The notes below the pieces were generated by a model. The model did no database searches. It was given only the letters and a program-made list of their open reading frames with translations, and was not told the DNA's origin. A stretch of DNA of 63,787 nt, the filler included, from Welwitschia mirabilis (Eukaryota), in NCBI GenBank assembly GCA_051453625.1. It is 5 parts of one record of this genome, joined end to end, with 100 filler letters (N's around TTAATTAATTAA, not from the genome) between each part and the next. Parts side by side here need not be neighbours in the genome. Positions count along the whole stretch, not along the records: positions 31,079 to 59,312 come from JBOZIK010000001.1; positions 59,413 to 62,479 come from JBOZIK010000001.1; positions 62,580 to 63,787 come from JBOZIK010000001.1; 2 more parts are not named here. One strand, written 5' to 3'. The first letter of the stretch is position 1; the number at the start of each line of letters is the position of its first letter. Below, piece after piece: positions 51,801 through 63,787 of the stretch. The translations under genes and the position numbers were made by a program.

Positions 51801-54799
51801 NNNNNNNNNNNNNNNNNNNNNNNNNNNNNNNNNNNNNNNNNNNNNNNNNTCTCTAACTCTCATCCAAAAAAATAAACTTCAATAACTAGGAAAATTGTGT
51901 TTGATGTCAACTCAATTATTTAAATATCCTGATTCTGATAAATGATTAACTAATTTCATAATTCTATTTGGATTTGTATACCAAAAAGTCAATACACATG
52001 TTGTGCCTTTAAAAAAAATCAAATTCACAACTTGGCAAGCGTGTTTTACTCATGTTACTAAAATGGTTTCTCATATGTAAGTACCAATATTTTAGAACCT
52101 CTAAAATCCTGATTGTTACTTTATGTAATTACTCCTAGTAATTTAACTAGCTAGTAGTAAGGTTTGATGCATCAAATTGATGAAAGTTATCCTATGAAGC
52201 TTTTATATACAAGGGCATGATAAGGAAATCCTTGCTAAGATACCAAGAAATCTCAATATGTAGAAAAATGCAATGGTAAGTAACCCCTTACAAATGCTAC
52301 CATGCTTGTATTTAGTTCATGTATTATAGCAGCTACCCAAAAATCATAAGAATTTTAAAAATCAGAGTAAAGCATTCATCCCACTTAGATGAGATGAAAT
52401 GATTCTTTACATGGTTAACTAACTTGTAGATTATGTATCTTGCAAACCTACATCTAATAGCTCTTCTCATTTCTTTACCAAAAGTAATATTGGTGTTGAT
52501 GATACTAATTATCATGTTAATTAAAATTCATAATCAATTTAACACTCTTTACACTACCCTACTACATGTTAAATGTCAGAGATAATATTCTACAAAGAAA
52601 CACTCAAAAAACCAAACCATAAGGCATTAAACAAGATGTTGTCTTTTTCCTTCTACTTTTGACTTATTTGATGATATCATGCATGATTTTTAATTTCATT
52701 TTCCTTTGGNNNNNNNNNNCTACTTTTTCTGCAAAACATTGCTTTTGGATGTCAACAAATTAGGAAGCCAAAGGAATTTACTACCCTCTTCTCTAAACTA
52801 TGATAAGACTTTTTTAATTATACTTTAATACATTTAATATGTGATTAGAAGCTTTTCTAAAAAGTTTTAATTGGTTTGTGGAAGCTTCTAGGTTCATATG
52901 TATGAGGCAAAAGGTTTCTGCTCTAAAAAGGCCTTGAAGAAAGGTGTTCTAATATAAATCAAAATTCTGAATATTTCACTTTAAATAAACTAACATTTAG
53001 ACTTTAACTAGATAATAAGAAGTACTAGAAATTTGGAGATAATATTTCACTATGAATCTCATACAATCCTCTGTATGTGCACATATGTTGATCTTAGTTC
53101 TTAACCATCTCCATGAATAATCTTTAGTATTCTTGGTGGTATCATGCTTTTTCAGTCCATACCATGTCTAATAAAACCTAATTCCCACTTTTGTTTCCTC
53201 TAATTTAATTAATATAAAAGCTAAAGACTAAAGGATAAAGACTAGTAACTCTAAATACTTTCCAAGAAGTCCATAGAAATGTCAAGGCTTAGACATTATC
53301 ATTTATGAGAAAGAGAGACAGAGAGAGACAACCAAGAAGGAAAAGTAAACATGCAGAGCTCTAATGCTAGAGGTTCTCTTATTCACTCTAGAAAGTAAAA
53401 TTTGGTCATGCATTAGATTAATACATCTGACTCTTACTCAAGCTTAGGATAGATAGATATTTTTGTGAAATAAAGTTTTTTTTGCATTTATGATTGTACA
53501 AGGTTGCATTACCCCCTTCTTTTATCACATGTCAACTCTAAGTTAAAAACTCATAAGAAACATACTGCAATAAACCATTACAAAAATAAAAAACCATATA
53601 TAAATGTTAATAATGTAATTTTAATAGTTTCTTTATATAAGTTACACTCCAAACTATCACACGCTATCGCATAAGACAAATTAATGCCTACAGCACATTA
53701 AATGCATAATGGAGATGAAACAATGCTCGTTAATGATAAATTCAAGGCCATGTCATTTGGACTTTAGAAGCATCAGCTAATCTTGTGGTTGATGAATGAC
53801 ATCATGTCCATTTAATCTCTATTAATCTATTTGTCAAGTTGTCTATATGTGCATATGTGTCTCATATTTGGTTATAGTTACTTCTTTTAATTACCCCTTT
53901 CTTTTTTTTAATTTGGAAGAATTTGTAAATGAGGAATTCTATTTAAAGAACAAGAAGGATGTCTTAATGAATTAGTGTATTAAAACCTTTCTTCTCTAAT
54001 AGGACCAAGAGAAAATAACTCTTATTTTTAGGTTAGTATAGGATTATTCTCATGCCTTTGAATTAGGCATTAATTAAACCACAATTTAAGGCATTTGAAA
54101 TTTGGAAGGTAACCTATAACTTTATGTCAAAATTTTCTACTACTAGTTTTAACCATTCCACTCTTCTAATTTCGCAGATGTAAAAAGAGGTTGGTATAAT
54201 AGCTTCATGCAATTTCATATGGGAAAATATGGTTTTACATATTTATGAGAAAAAGCATAAAGTGGAAATGACAAAATGGTTAATAGAGTAATTATTATCT
54301 AAAACATCACCTATGTGGTTCTAGTTTACTTGGCTTTAGTGTTATTATCTTCTAAAAAGACATCGCCTTCATTGAAATTTTTTTAAGAACATTTTATGGG
54401 ATAATCAATAAATGTAAACCTTTTTTTCATAAGTATCCTAGTGGGTTTGATAAGAGAGTAAAAAGCAAGAGAGCATTAGGCTTCTATTGTATTTCATAAT
54501 CTATTAAAACATAAAGCTAAACAATTCTATAAGAACTTCTCAAAGCTATGTATTACATAGATGACCAAATCTAATTAAAAGACTAGAATTTATAGTTTCA
54601 AATAGAAATCCTTAATTTGCTAAATGGTAGATACCTCATCAACAAATTTTAATATAGTCATATGGTATTTTCAATATGTACTATCAAAAAACTAACACTC
54701 TTTGAGGCCAACTTATATTGGTTAAAGGTATGATTCCTTGAGGACTCTAGTTTAAACAAATATGGCATTTTAATTAAAGAATACTCTATTATTACATCA

Positions 54800-54900
54800 C
54801 AGAATTCTTGAAGGCATTAAGATTAGAAGTGTTATTAGTATTGTAAAGAGCCATAGAATTCCTGAAGGCATTCAAATTAGAAGTATTATTAGTGTTGTTC
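54800..54900. repeat. Tandem duplication of about 54 bp inside the CACTA element
   Basis: AGAATTC(T/C)TGAAGGCATT.A.ATTAGAAGT.TTATTAGT.TTGT occurs twice. Confidence 0.85.
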
Positions 54901-57900
54901 ATAGCTTTGGAAATAAACAATCAATCCCTACAAACATATATATTTCGACTAAATTTTGCATAGAAACTGTTAATTTTTTAACTTTAAAAAAATGTATCTT
55001 TTACCTTAATCAAAGTTATATAACAAATACGGGATTATATTGATGATTTCAATTCTTTAATAAAAGAAAGACATGGGAAAGAAGATACCTGTGAAACCCT
55101 AGAAATAGTAGTGATAATGGTTGTAATAATTGAATCCATCAGACAAATTTGCTCAATGGGATCTTAAACATTAGAGAACATAAGAGTTGTGTTTAGTTGC
55201 ATCCAAANNNNNNNNNNNNNNNNNNNNNNNNNNNNNNNNNNNNNNNNNNNNNNNNNNNNNNNNNNNNNNNNNNNNNNNNNNNNNNNNNNNNNNNNNNNNN
55301 NNNNNNNNNNNNNNNNNNNNNNNNNNNNNNNNNNNNNNNNNNNNNNNNNNNNNNNNNNNNNNNNNNNNNNNNNNNNNNNNNNNNNNNNNNNNNNNNNNNN
55401 NNNNNNNNNNNNNNNNNNNNNNNNNNNNNNNNNNNNNNNNNNNNNNNNNNNNNNNNNNNNNNNNNNNNNNNNNNNNNNNNNNNNNNNNNNNNNNNNNNNN
55501 NNNNNNNNNNNNNNNNNNNNNNNNNNNNNNNNNNNNNNNNNNNNNNNNNNNNNNNNNNNNNNNNNNNNNNNNNNNNNNNNNNNNNNNNNNNNNNNNNNNN
55601 NNNNNNNNNNNNNNNNNNNNNNNNNNNNNNNNNNNNNNNNNNNNNNNNNNNNNNNNNNNNNNNNNNNNNNNNNNNNNNNNNNNNNNNNNNNNNNNNNNNN
55701 NNNNNNNNNNNNNNNNNNNNNNNNNNNNNNNNNNNNNNNNNNNNNNNNNNNNNNNNNNNNNNNNNNNNNNNNNNNNAAGAGTTGTGTTTAGTTGCATCCA
55801 AAATAGTAGTTGTATTTACATATGGGGTGACCTTTGAATGATAGCCCTCTTTAACTAATGTCCTCAACCCAAACTAAAAATCTAATATGTAAAAATTAAT
55901 AACATGCCTTTGCCACAAGAAAAAATAGAAATGATATAATTCTAGCTATTCACAAGGCTGAGACTAGTCTCTTTTCTATGGCTACTTTTATAATTATTCA
56001 AGTAACATTATTTGCATTTAGAAACTATAAAATATATCTTTTTTCATGGGGTACAATAGAACCATAAATTGGAAAAAAAATTATAGATAAAAACTAGGCT
56101 TGTTAAATTTTTTAAAATAATATACTAACTTCTAGGTATCTTAGACCCCACATAAGTTATCAATGCTTAGGATTTGTTGGCTTGCTATTTCATTTTCTAT
56201 ATTCATAGAGGATAGTGGATACATACACATAATAGGGAATCTTCTTGTAGGATGACTTAAGGTGGACACTTCCACATGTGATAACCTGTAATAAGAAGTA
56301 GGAATAATAACTCATGAGATAAATGAATAAGAAAAGAAATCAATAACTACTTTCTCTCATCCCTTGATGTAAAATAAATAGTCAAAAAAATTTTAATTAG
56401 TAAAAATATTGAATAATGAATATACAAAAGAAATATATCAAAAGCAATACAAATGTGACTATGTATCAATCAAAAAGAAGCCCCTTCCACTTCTGATGCT
56501 AAAAACTATGGATAAATAGAAAGTTGCAATCAAGGAAATAATTTTAANNNNNNNNNNNNNNNNNNNNNNNNNNNNNNNNNNNNNNNNNNNNNNNNNNNNN
56601 NNNNNNNNNNNNNNNNNNNNNNNNNNNNNNNNNNNNNNNNNNNNNNNNNNNNNNNNNNNNNNNNNNNNNNNNNNNNNNNNNNNNNNNNNNNNNNNNNNNN
56701 NNNNNNNNNNNNNNNNNNNNNNNNNNNNNNNNNNNNNNNNNNNNNNNNNNNNNNNNNNNNNNNNNNNNNNNNNNNNNNNNNNNNNNNNNNNNNNNNNNNN
56801 NNNNNNNNNNNNNNNNNNNNNNNNNNNNNNNNNNNNNNNNNNNNNNNNNNNNNNNNNNNNNNNNNNNNNNNNNNNNNNNNNNNNNNNNNNNNNNNNNNNN
56901 NNNNNNNNNNNNNNNNNNNNNNNNNNNNNNNNNNNNNNNNNNNNNNNNNNNNNNNNNNNNNNNNNNNNNNNNNNNNNNNNNNNNNNNNNNNNNNNNNNNN
57001 NNNNNNNNNNNNNNNNNNNNNNNNNNNNNNNNNNNNNNNNNNNNNNNNNNNNNNNNNNNNNNNNNNNNNNNNNNNNNNNNNNNNNNNNNNNNNNNNNNNN
57101 NNNNNNNNNNNNNNNNNNNNNNNNNNNNNNNNNNNNNNNNNNNNNNNNNNNNNNNNNNNNNNNNNNNNNNNNNNNNNNNNNNNNNNNNNNNNNNNNNNNN
57201 NNNNNNNNNNNNNNNNNNNNNNNNNNNNNNNNNNNNNNNNNNNNNNNNNNNNNNNNNNNNNNNNNNNNNNNNNNNNNNNNNNNNNNNNNNNTTATAAATT
57301 AAACAACTTACAACTTCACCTAGCTATGATTTTGTTAATATCCAAAGAATTTGTCTCATGCCAAAACCATTTCAATAAGACAAAAGAACAGAGAAAATCT
57401 AGAAGAAATAAAAGTTACATTAGTTGTCATAGGTAGTTATAGAATGAATATAAGTTTTGGAACCTTAAAGATCCTTTCAAACAAAACTGAAAAGAAGAAG
57501 AGTAAAATTGCTTCTAAGGAAAAATAACTCTAAAACAATAAACTCTAATATACTTAAATATTTCAAATATTCATAGTAACATAAAGAAAATACTCATACT
57601 AGTAACTTTAACATATTAGTCATTCTTCATAGTCCAAATCTTAGAATCAAAGTAAAATTAAAGAAACATGATAACAGCACTATCACCCCACTAGCAATTC
57701 TAAAGAACAAGTATTGCAACTCTTGTAGTGCAAACCTAAATTTGCCTCTCATCTACTAAAGTCCTAAAAGTTTAAAGCTCAAACCTAAAAAGAGATGTAT
57801 TTCAAAATGTATAACCATAACAAGCTCAAATTTGGAAATGGATAGAGACTAATTGAATGATTTCATGAGAAAATAGGTGATCTTCAATAGGGAGTGCACA

Positions 57901-58019
57901 GAAAAAACAATTTCACTAGTGAAAAGGTGGACTTTCTTCTTCAAGATTTCAATGTGAGTTTTCTTCTTTAATATTTCCAATCATTTAAATAACTAGCATG
58001 AAAAGTAATATTATAAAAT

Positions 58020-58192
58020 TTTTTTAAGGTGTCTATTTTAATAGATGTCTTAAAGACTTAAAAATATCTACTCCACTTATTGGGCTTTTAAGATGTTTAT
58101 TTCAAAAATTTCCTTAGCTTGTTTAAGGCTTTTGTTTTAAAAAAAACACCTTAAAAAGATCTATGCTTAAGTTAAGATAAATGCCTTAAACT
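58020..58192. repeat. Right subterminal repeat array of the CACTA element
   Basis: TTTTAAGGTGT, GATGTCTTAAA, CTTTTAAGATGTTT, AACACCTTAAAA, AATGCCTTAAA. Confidence 0.85.
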
Positions 58193-58299
58193 CCTTTATT
58201 TCTCATAGTACATGTGTTTATCTGAATAACAAAAAAACCACTAAAAACATTGAAGCTTACAAAATAATGAAATCTTAGAAAATGAAATCATATTTATCA

Positions 58300-59312
58300 A
58301 AATGATAAGACATCAAAACATACAATTTTCGAGTAGGTCCTAATGATCAAGAAAAGTCACTCAAAATCAATCAACATTTCCCACAAGAAGTTAAATCAAA
58401 ACTTGAAATTATATTGTTATCCAACAAAGACACATTCGCTTGGTATTATAAGGATATGTTAAGCATCGATAAATCAATTGTTATGCATAACATCATCCTG
58501 AAATCAAATTCAAACCTAGTGAAATAGAACATTATAAAACTTAGTCCTTATCTTGCATTAGTAGTAAAAGAAAAAATGAAACATCTTTTAACTATAGGAT
58601 TCATTAGACTAGTGGACTATTCAGACTAGTTATTGAATGTGATAGTTGTTCCAAAGAAGAAGGGTCAAATTAGAATTTGTTTTGATTAGTGAGACCTAAA
58701 TAAGATAACTGTAAAAGATGATTATCCTTTATCAAATATCGATATCCTAGTGGATAACACATCTAGTTTTGACTTTTTATTATTTATGGATGATTATTTA
58801 GATTATAATCAGATTTTATCAATCCTAAAGATCAATACAAAACTACCTTTATAACATCCTAGGAACATTTTTATTATGTTATGATGCATTTTGATATAAA
58901 TAATGCTGGTGCAACATATCAATGAGCAATGACTCACATATTTCACAACTAGATACATCATAATATAGAAGATTATGTTAGTGATGTTGTAGTTAAATCA
59001 AAAGTAGTAGATGCTTATACAACTGATTTGAAACAACTTTTCAAGCAATCAAGATAATATAATTTATGACTCAACCTAAACAAATGTGTTTTCAGTGTAC
59101 CACCAAGAAAACTCTTAGGTTATAGGGTTTTAAAATAAGGGTATGCAATCTACCTATAAAATGATAAAGCAATTACTAACATGCCACCACTGCACAACTT
59201 GAAATAATTATATAGTCTCTAAGGTAGATTATAAGCCATACATCAATTCATTTCAACTTTATTGGATCGGTGTGAGTCATTTATGCATCTACTTAAGAAA
59301 TACAACTAATTT
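58300..59312 (+). pseudogene. Reverse transcriptase remnant of Tat/Ogre-type element G
   Basis: KDTFAWYYKDMLSIDKSIVMH, KDDYPLSNIDILVDNT, NNAGATYQ*AM, IEDYVSDVVVKS (decayed YVDD), LNLNKCVF. Confidence 0.88.
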
Positions 59313-59412
59313 NNNNNNNNNNNNNNNNNNNNNNNNNNNNNNNNNNNNNNNNNNNNTTAATTAATTAANNNNNNNNNNNNNNNNNNNNNNNNNNNNNNNN
59401 NNNNNNNNNNNN

Positions 59413-62403
59413 CTACTTTTACTTCTCCTTTTGATACCTTTACCTTTAGATGCATGTCTTGTGCACTTGTAATGCTCCTAATACTTTTTAGTGTGCTATC
59501 ATGGGTATCTTTTCTGATATACTTAAGAATTCCATTGATATTTTTTGGATGACTTATCTATTTATACAAAAGATTTTAAACAAATCTTAGATTATTTAGA
59601 GAAAGTCTTAAATCAATGTATTTCTAATAGCCTCCACTTGAGTTGGGAAAAGATTCATTTGCTTATAGAGAGTGGCATTATCTTATGTCACCATCTTTTT
59701 TAAGAGGGGATTAGAATGAATGCTTCTAAAGTTTTTATTATTCAAAATCTTAGTCCCTCTATAAATGTTAAATAGGTTCAATCTTTTCTTGGTCATTATG
59801 GTTTTTACTGCTAGTTGATTATTATGCTTTTATTTGTAAATCCCTTTACTCATTACTAGTAAAAGATGTCAAATTTGAATGGAATTAATCTCGTCAAATT
59901 ACTTTCAATAGGATTAAATGTAAATTGCCTTAAACTCCTATAGTAACAGGACCTGATTGGGCACTCAACTTTAAGCTTATATGTGATGCAAGTAACTTTA
60001 CTGCAGGTGGGGTTCTTTGTCAAAAATATGAGCATGATATATGAGCATGATTTTAAGGTTATATCTTATCATAGCAAATCTTTGTCTAGATCTCAAATAA
60101 ACTACACAATTATAGATAAAGAGATGCTAGCTATTATCTTTTGTCTTGATTCTTTTAGATATTATATTTTGGCTTTCACATTAATGTTTATACCAATTAT
60201 GCAGCCATTTGTTATCTCATAACTAAGAAATATTCTAATACCTATTTGATTAGATTGATCCTTTTTATGTAATAATTTAATTTGACCATTATAGATAAAG
60301 TAGAGAAGCATAATTCTATTGCCAATCATTTATCTTGGCTTCCTTCTCCTTCAAATAATATTATCATTAAGAATTCCTTTCCTAATGAACAGCTTTTTGT
60401 TGTTTCTTTTTCTCATCCTTCTTTATGATATGCCAACATTAAGAATTATCTTGTAACCATTAAAAAACCACAACATTGGATCTATAACCAATATAAATCT
60501 TTTCTCTATCATATAGGTGACTATGAGTGGATCAAGCAATATTTGTATCATAGGTGTAAAGATGAAATCATGAGAAAATATATGCCTGAATAAGAAATAC
60601 CTAAGATTCTTCATCTTTATTACATTGACGTTTATGGAGGACATTTTAGTAAACATAAAACTGCCATGAAAATCCTTCATTCTAGCTTTTAATNNNNNNN
60701 NNNNNNNNNNNNNNNNNNNNNNNNNNNNNNNNNNNNNNNNNNNNNNNNNNNNNNNNNNNNNNNNNNNNNNNNNNNNNNNNNNNNNNNNNNNNNGACTAAG
60801 AAAGATTCCAGTGCCCATTTTATTAGATGGATCCTTCATATGTGAGAGTTAAATTTAACCATCATAAATAAAGCAGAAAAGCATAATTATATTGTTGATC
60901 ATTTATCTTAACTTTTTTCTCCTCTAGATGATAATATCATTGATTATTCCTTTTCTGATGAGCAGCTTTTCACTGTCTATTCTTCTCATCTTCCTCAATG
61001 ATATGCCACTGTCTATTCTTCTCATCTTCCTCTATGGTATGCCAAGATTATGAACTATCTTATAATCATAAAAACACCACAATATTGGATCTATCACCGA
61101 TGTAAATCTTTTCTCCATAGGATAAGTGACTATAAGTAGATTGAGCCACATTTGTATTGTAGGTGTAAAAACTAAATCATGAGAAAATGTATGCCTGATT
61201 GGGAGATACCTAAGATTCTTCATCTTTGTCATGGTGGTATTTGTGGAGGATATTTTAGTGAACACAAAACTGTGATGAAAATCCTCCATTCTAGATTTTA
61301 CTGGCCTTCTCTTTTTCATGATTCATTTGATTTTATTAGAAGGTGTAGTCCTTGTTAGCATTACTGTAGCCTTGTTCATTCACAAGAAATGCCCCTTGGA
61401 CTTATTCTTAAGTATGAGCCTTTTGATTGTTGGGGTATTAATTTTATAGGCCCTATTCATCCACCTTCTTTTAATAAAAATTACATTTTAATGGCTGTTA
61501 ATTATGTGACTAAATGCATTGAAGCTATACCAACTTTTTTGAATGATGCCTTTGTCTATCATTTTCTTAAAACTCATGTTTATTAGAGATTTTGTTTTCC
61601 TAGAGTCATCAGTAGTAATCAAGGTACTCATTTCATTAATACACTTTTTAAGAAACTTCTTTTGTCTATTGGTATAGAACATAGAGTAGCTTATGGTTAT
61701 CATCTTCAGACTAATAGACCAGCTAAAAATGCAAATAGAAAAATAAAGAAAATGCTTCAAAAACTTGTATTTATTAATAAAAAGTCTTGGGCTTCTAAGA
61801 TTAACAATGTAATTTGGGCTTACTATACTAATTGACATACTTCTCTTGGTTTCTTACCTTATAAACTTAATTATGATTAAGTTTGTGTCTTACTGGTTGA
61901 TTTGTGTTATACTTCTTTTCATACATATCATTAACTTAATCTTGTAAATTTTGATAATAATCTTAAGTATATATTAGCTTATTTAAATCATCTTAATGAA
62001 AAAAGAACTAGAGTCATACATCGTCAATTAATTCATAAATCCCAAGCAAAGTTCAAACATGATAAAAGGATTTTTCATAAAAAGTTTGAACCTAGTTAAT
62101 TTATCTTGTTATATATTACTAGAGTTAACCTTTAAATAACAACTTAAACTCTAAATGGTTAGGTCATTATTTTGTAGAGAAAGTAAATTTTAATGGCTTA
62201 GTTGAAATCTTAGATTTGGAAACTAGAGAGATTTAGAAGGTTAATGGGCAATGGTTGAAATTACATGAGGGATCTTTAGATACAATTGTGAACATGATAG
62301 AAGTAATTATTTTGGAGATTTCCATCAGAGAGGAGGACTTCCTTCCTATCATTATCTAAGTTCTTTCTTAACCTACTCCTTTAGTTAAATATTATGATAT
62401 TAC
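59413..62403 (+). pseudogene. RT end-RNaseH-integrase remnants of Athila-type element(s) H (A subfamily); two overlapping copies around the 60694-60793 gap
   Basis: IFLDDLSIY, FKLICDASNF, ORF 61389..61586 (EPFDCWGINFIGP, NYVTKCIEAIP). Collinear in reverse with A2. 60221-60693 is repeated in diverged form at 60794-61300. Confidence 0.9.
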
Positions 62404-62479
62404 TGTTGTGACGCCAACTTAAGTGTATTTGATAGGGTATTTTGAGTTGTTTTGCAGATAAACTAACAAATAAATGCTC
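62404..62479 (+). repeat. Start of an A-family LTR inserted just after H's pol; runs into a gap
   Basis: TGTTGTGACGCCAACTTAAGTGTATTTGATAGGG, nearly identical to the sequence at 30858. Confidence 0.85.
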
Positions 62480-62579
62480 NNNNNNNNNNNNNNNNNNNNN
62501 NNNNNNNNNNNNNNNNNNNNNNNTTAATTAATTAANNNNNNNNNNNNNNNNNNNNNNNNNNNNNNNNNNNNNNNNNNNN

Positions 62580-63787
62580 CAACTAAACTAAAAGAATTAA
62601 GCTTTTTCCTAGAACATGTTGTATATTATAGAAGATTCATATCCATCTTTATTAATATTTCTAAATCTTTGAGTAACTTTTACAAAATGATTTGGAATAT
62701 AACTACATTAATGAATGTCAAAATGCTTACTAGATCAAGGAAAAATTTTTATTAACACCTACTTTGTAAGGGTAAAATTAGAAAGATCATTTTAAATTAT
62801 GATTAACACATCTAGTCACACTATAGGAGTAGTTTTAGAATAAAAGAATGAAGACAATAAATCTTATGCCATTACCTCAATTAGTAATAACTTCAAACTA
62901 GCTCAACAAAATTAAACAGTAGGTATTAGAAAAATTTACACATTATATTTTAGAATATGAAGTAAAAGTTCATATACCATAGTGTCATTAGATTTTTAAT
63001 GATAAGAAAGAAGTAAACTTTAGAATTATAAGATGAATACTATTAATGCAAGAGTTTGATTTAGAAATTATTGAAAGGAAAGGAATAGATAATGTAATAG
63101 TAGATCANNNNNNNNNNNNNNNNNNNNNNNNNNNNNNNNNNNNNNNNNNNNNNNNNNNNNNNNNNNNNNNNNNNNNNNNNNNNNNNNNNNNNNNNNNNNN
63201 NNNNNNNGCAAGAGTTTGATTTAGAAATTATTGAAAGGAAAGGAATAGATAATGTAATAGTAGATCAACTCTTAAGATTATAATTCCTAGATGAAGAACA
63301 AATAAACATAAGGAATGAGTTTTCACATGAACATCTTTTTCAATTAATAACAAATCCATGATATGCTGAAATAGCCAACTTTCTTATGAGTAAAAGATTA
63401 CCATCTTTTATGAGTTACTATTAAAGAAAAAGATTAGTAAATTAATCTAGATAGTATATTTGGCATGATAGGATGTTATTTAGAGAATGCAAAGATCATG
63501 TTATCAAAAGATGTATAGAGAAACGCCTATAAAGTAAAATCTTAAAGAAAGCTCATGAAGAAGAAGAAGGAGGATGTTACAATGCAAAAAGAATAGGAAT
63601 GAAAATTCTCCATATGGAATGCTATTAGCCCATCATATTCAAAGATTCAAATGTTTATATCTAAGGTTGTGATAAATGTTAAAGAGAAGGTAAATTTATC
63701 TAAAATTTAGAAATACGACAATAATGGATTCAGACAATTAAACCTTTTGACGTTGGAGAATAAATTTCATTAGGCCTATTAATCCCT
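62580..63787 (+). pseudogene. RT end-RNaseH-integrase remnant of element I (similar to family E); runs off the window end
   Basis: LMQEFDLEIIERKGIDNVIVDQL, NPxYAEIANFL, AHEEEEGG, GCDKC, KPFDV. Similar to the reverse of about 36500-37550. Confidence 0.85.

Larger units (their letters stand above)
48601..58210. mobile_element. CACTA (En/Spm) DNA transposon, 9.6 kb including gaps, apparently non-autonomous
   Basis: Left end CACTACAAGAAATATAGGCTTTTAAG. Right end reverse-complemented TACTATGAGAAATAAAGGAGTTTAAG. 3-bp TSD CAT at 48598-48600 and 58211-58213. Subterminal repeats at both ends. The host element resumes on the far side. Confidence 0.88.

Noticed and set aside
3864..55867. Long ORFs made mostly of X (e.g. 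3864-4298, 12941-13879, 20532-21143, 51347-51875, 55171-55867)
   Set aside because: They are open only because N runs contain no stop codons.
57721..57730. TCTTGTAGTG, a perfect 10-nt match to the CACTA TIR, as an alternative right end
   Set aside because: No CAT TSD and no subterminal repeats before it. The end at 58210 has both, plus a longer TIR alignment.
1..63787. Fungal RIP as the cause of the C>T bias
   Set aside because: The elements belong to plant lineages (Athila, Tat/Ogre, plant tRNA PBSs, CACTA ends), so methylation-driven deamination is the simpler explanation.

Overview
AT-rich, gap-riddled draft scaffold that looks like plant heterochromatin. I see no intact protein-coding gene, RNA gene or CRISPR array. 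Almost all of it is nested, decayed transposon DNA. (1) At least six Athila-type Ty3/Gypsy retrotransposon copies (A1, A2, B, C, D, H), with FMDD-type RT, LTRs TGTTG..CAACA and a tRNA-Asp PBS where the 5' end survives. A2 carries a degenerate env-like extra ORF that is partly duplicated. (2) Other non-chromovirus Gypsy relics (E, F, I); E has a tRNA-Asn PBS. (3) A Tat/Ogre-type element (G), split between protease and RT by a 9.6-kb CACTA DNA transposon (48601-58210, CAT target-site duplication) with no recognisable transposase. All reading frames carry many stops from C>T/G>A decay. The long poly-X ORFs and the TTAATTAATTAA islands are assembly artefacts. I found no convincing new biological system. 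The best leads are the env-like ORF, a conserved non-coding block downstream of pol, a dispersed palindromic GTCGTCC/GGACGAC motif, and the cargo of the CACTA element. All family calls come from motifs read by eye, without database searches. Boundaries not anchored on an LTR, PBS or TIR are approximate.
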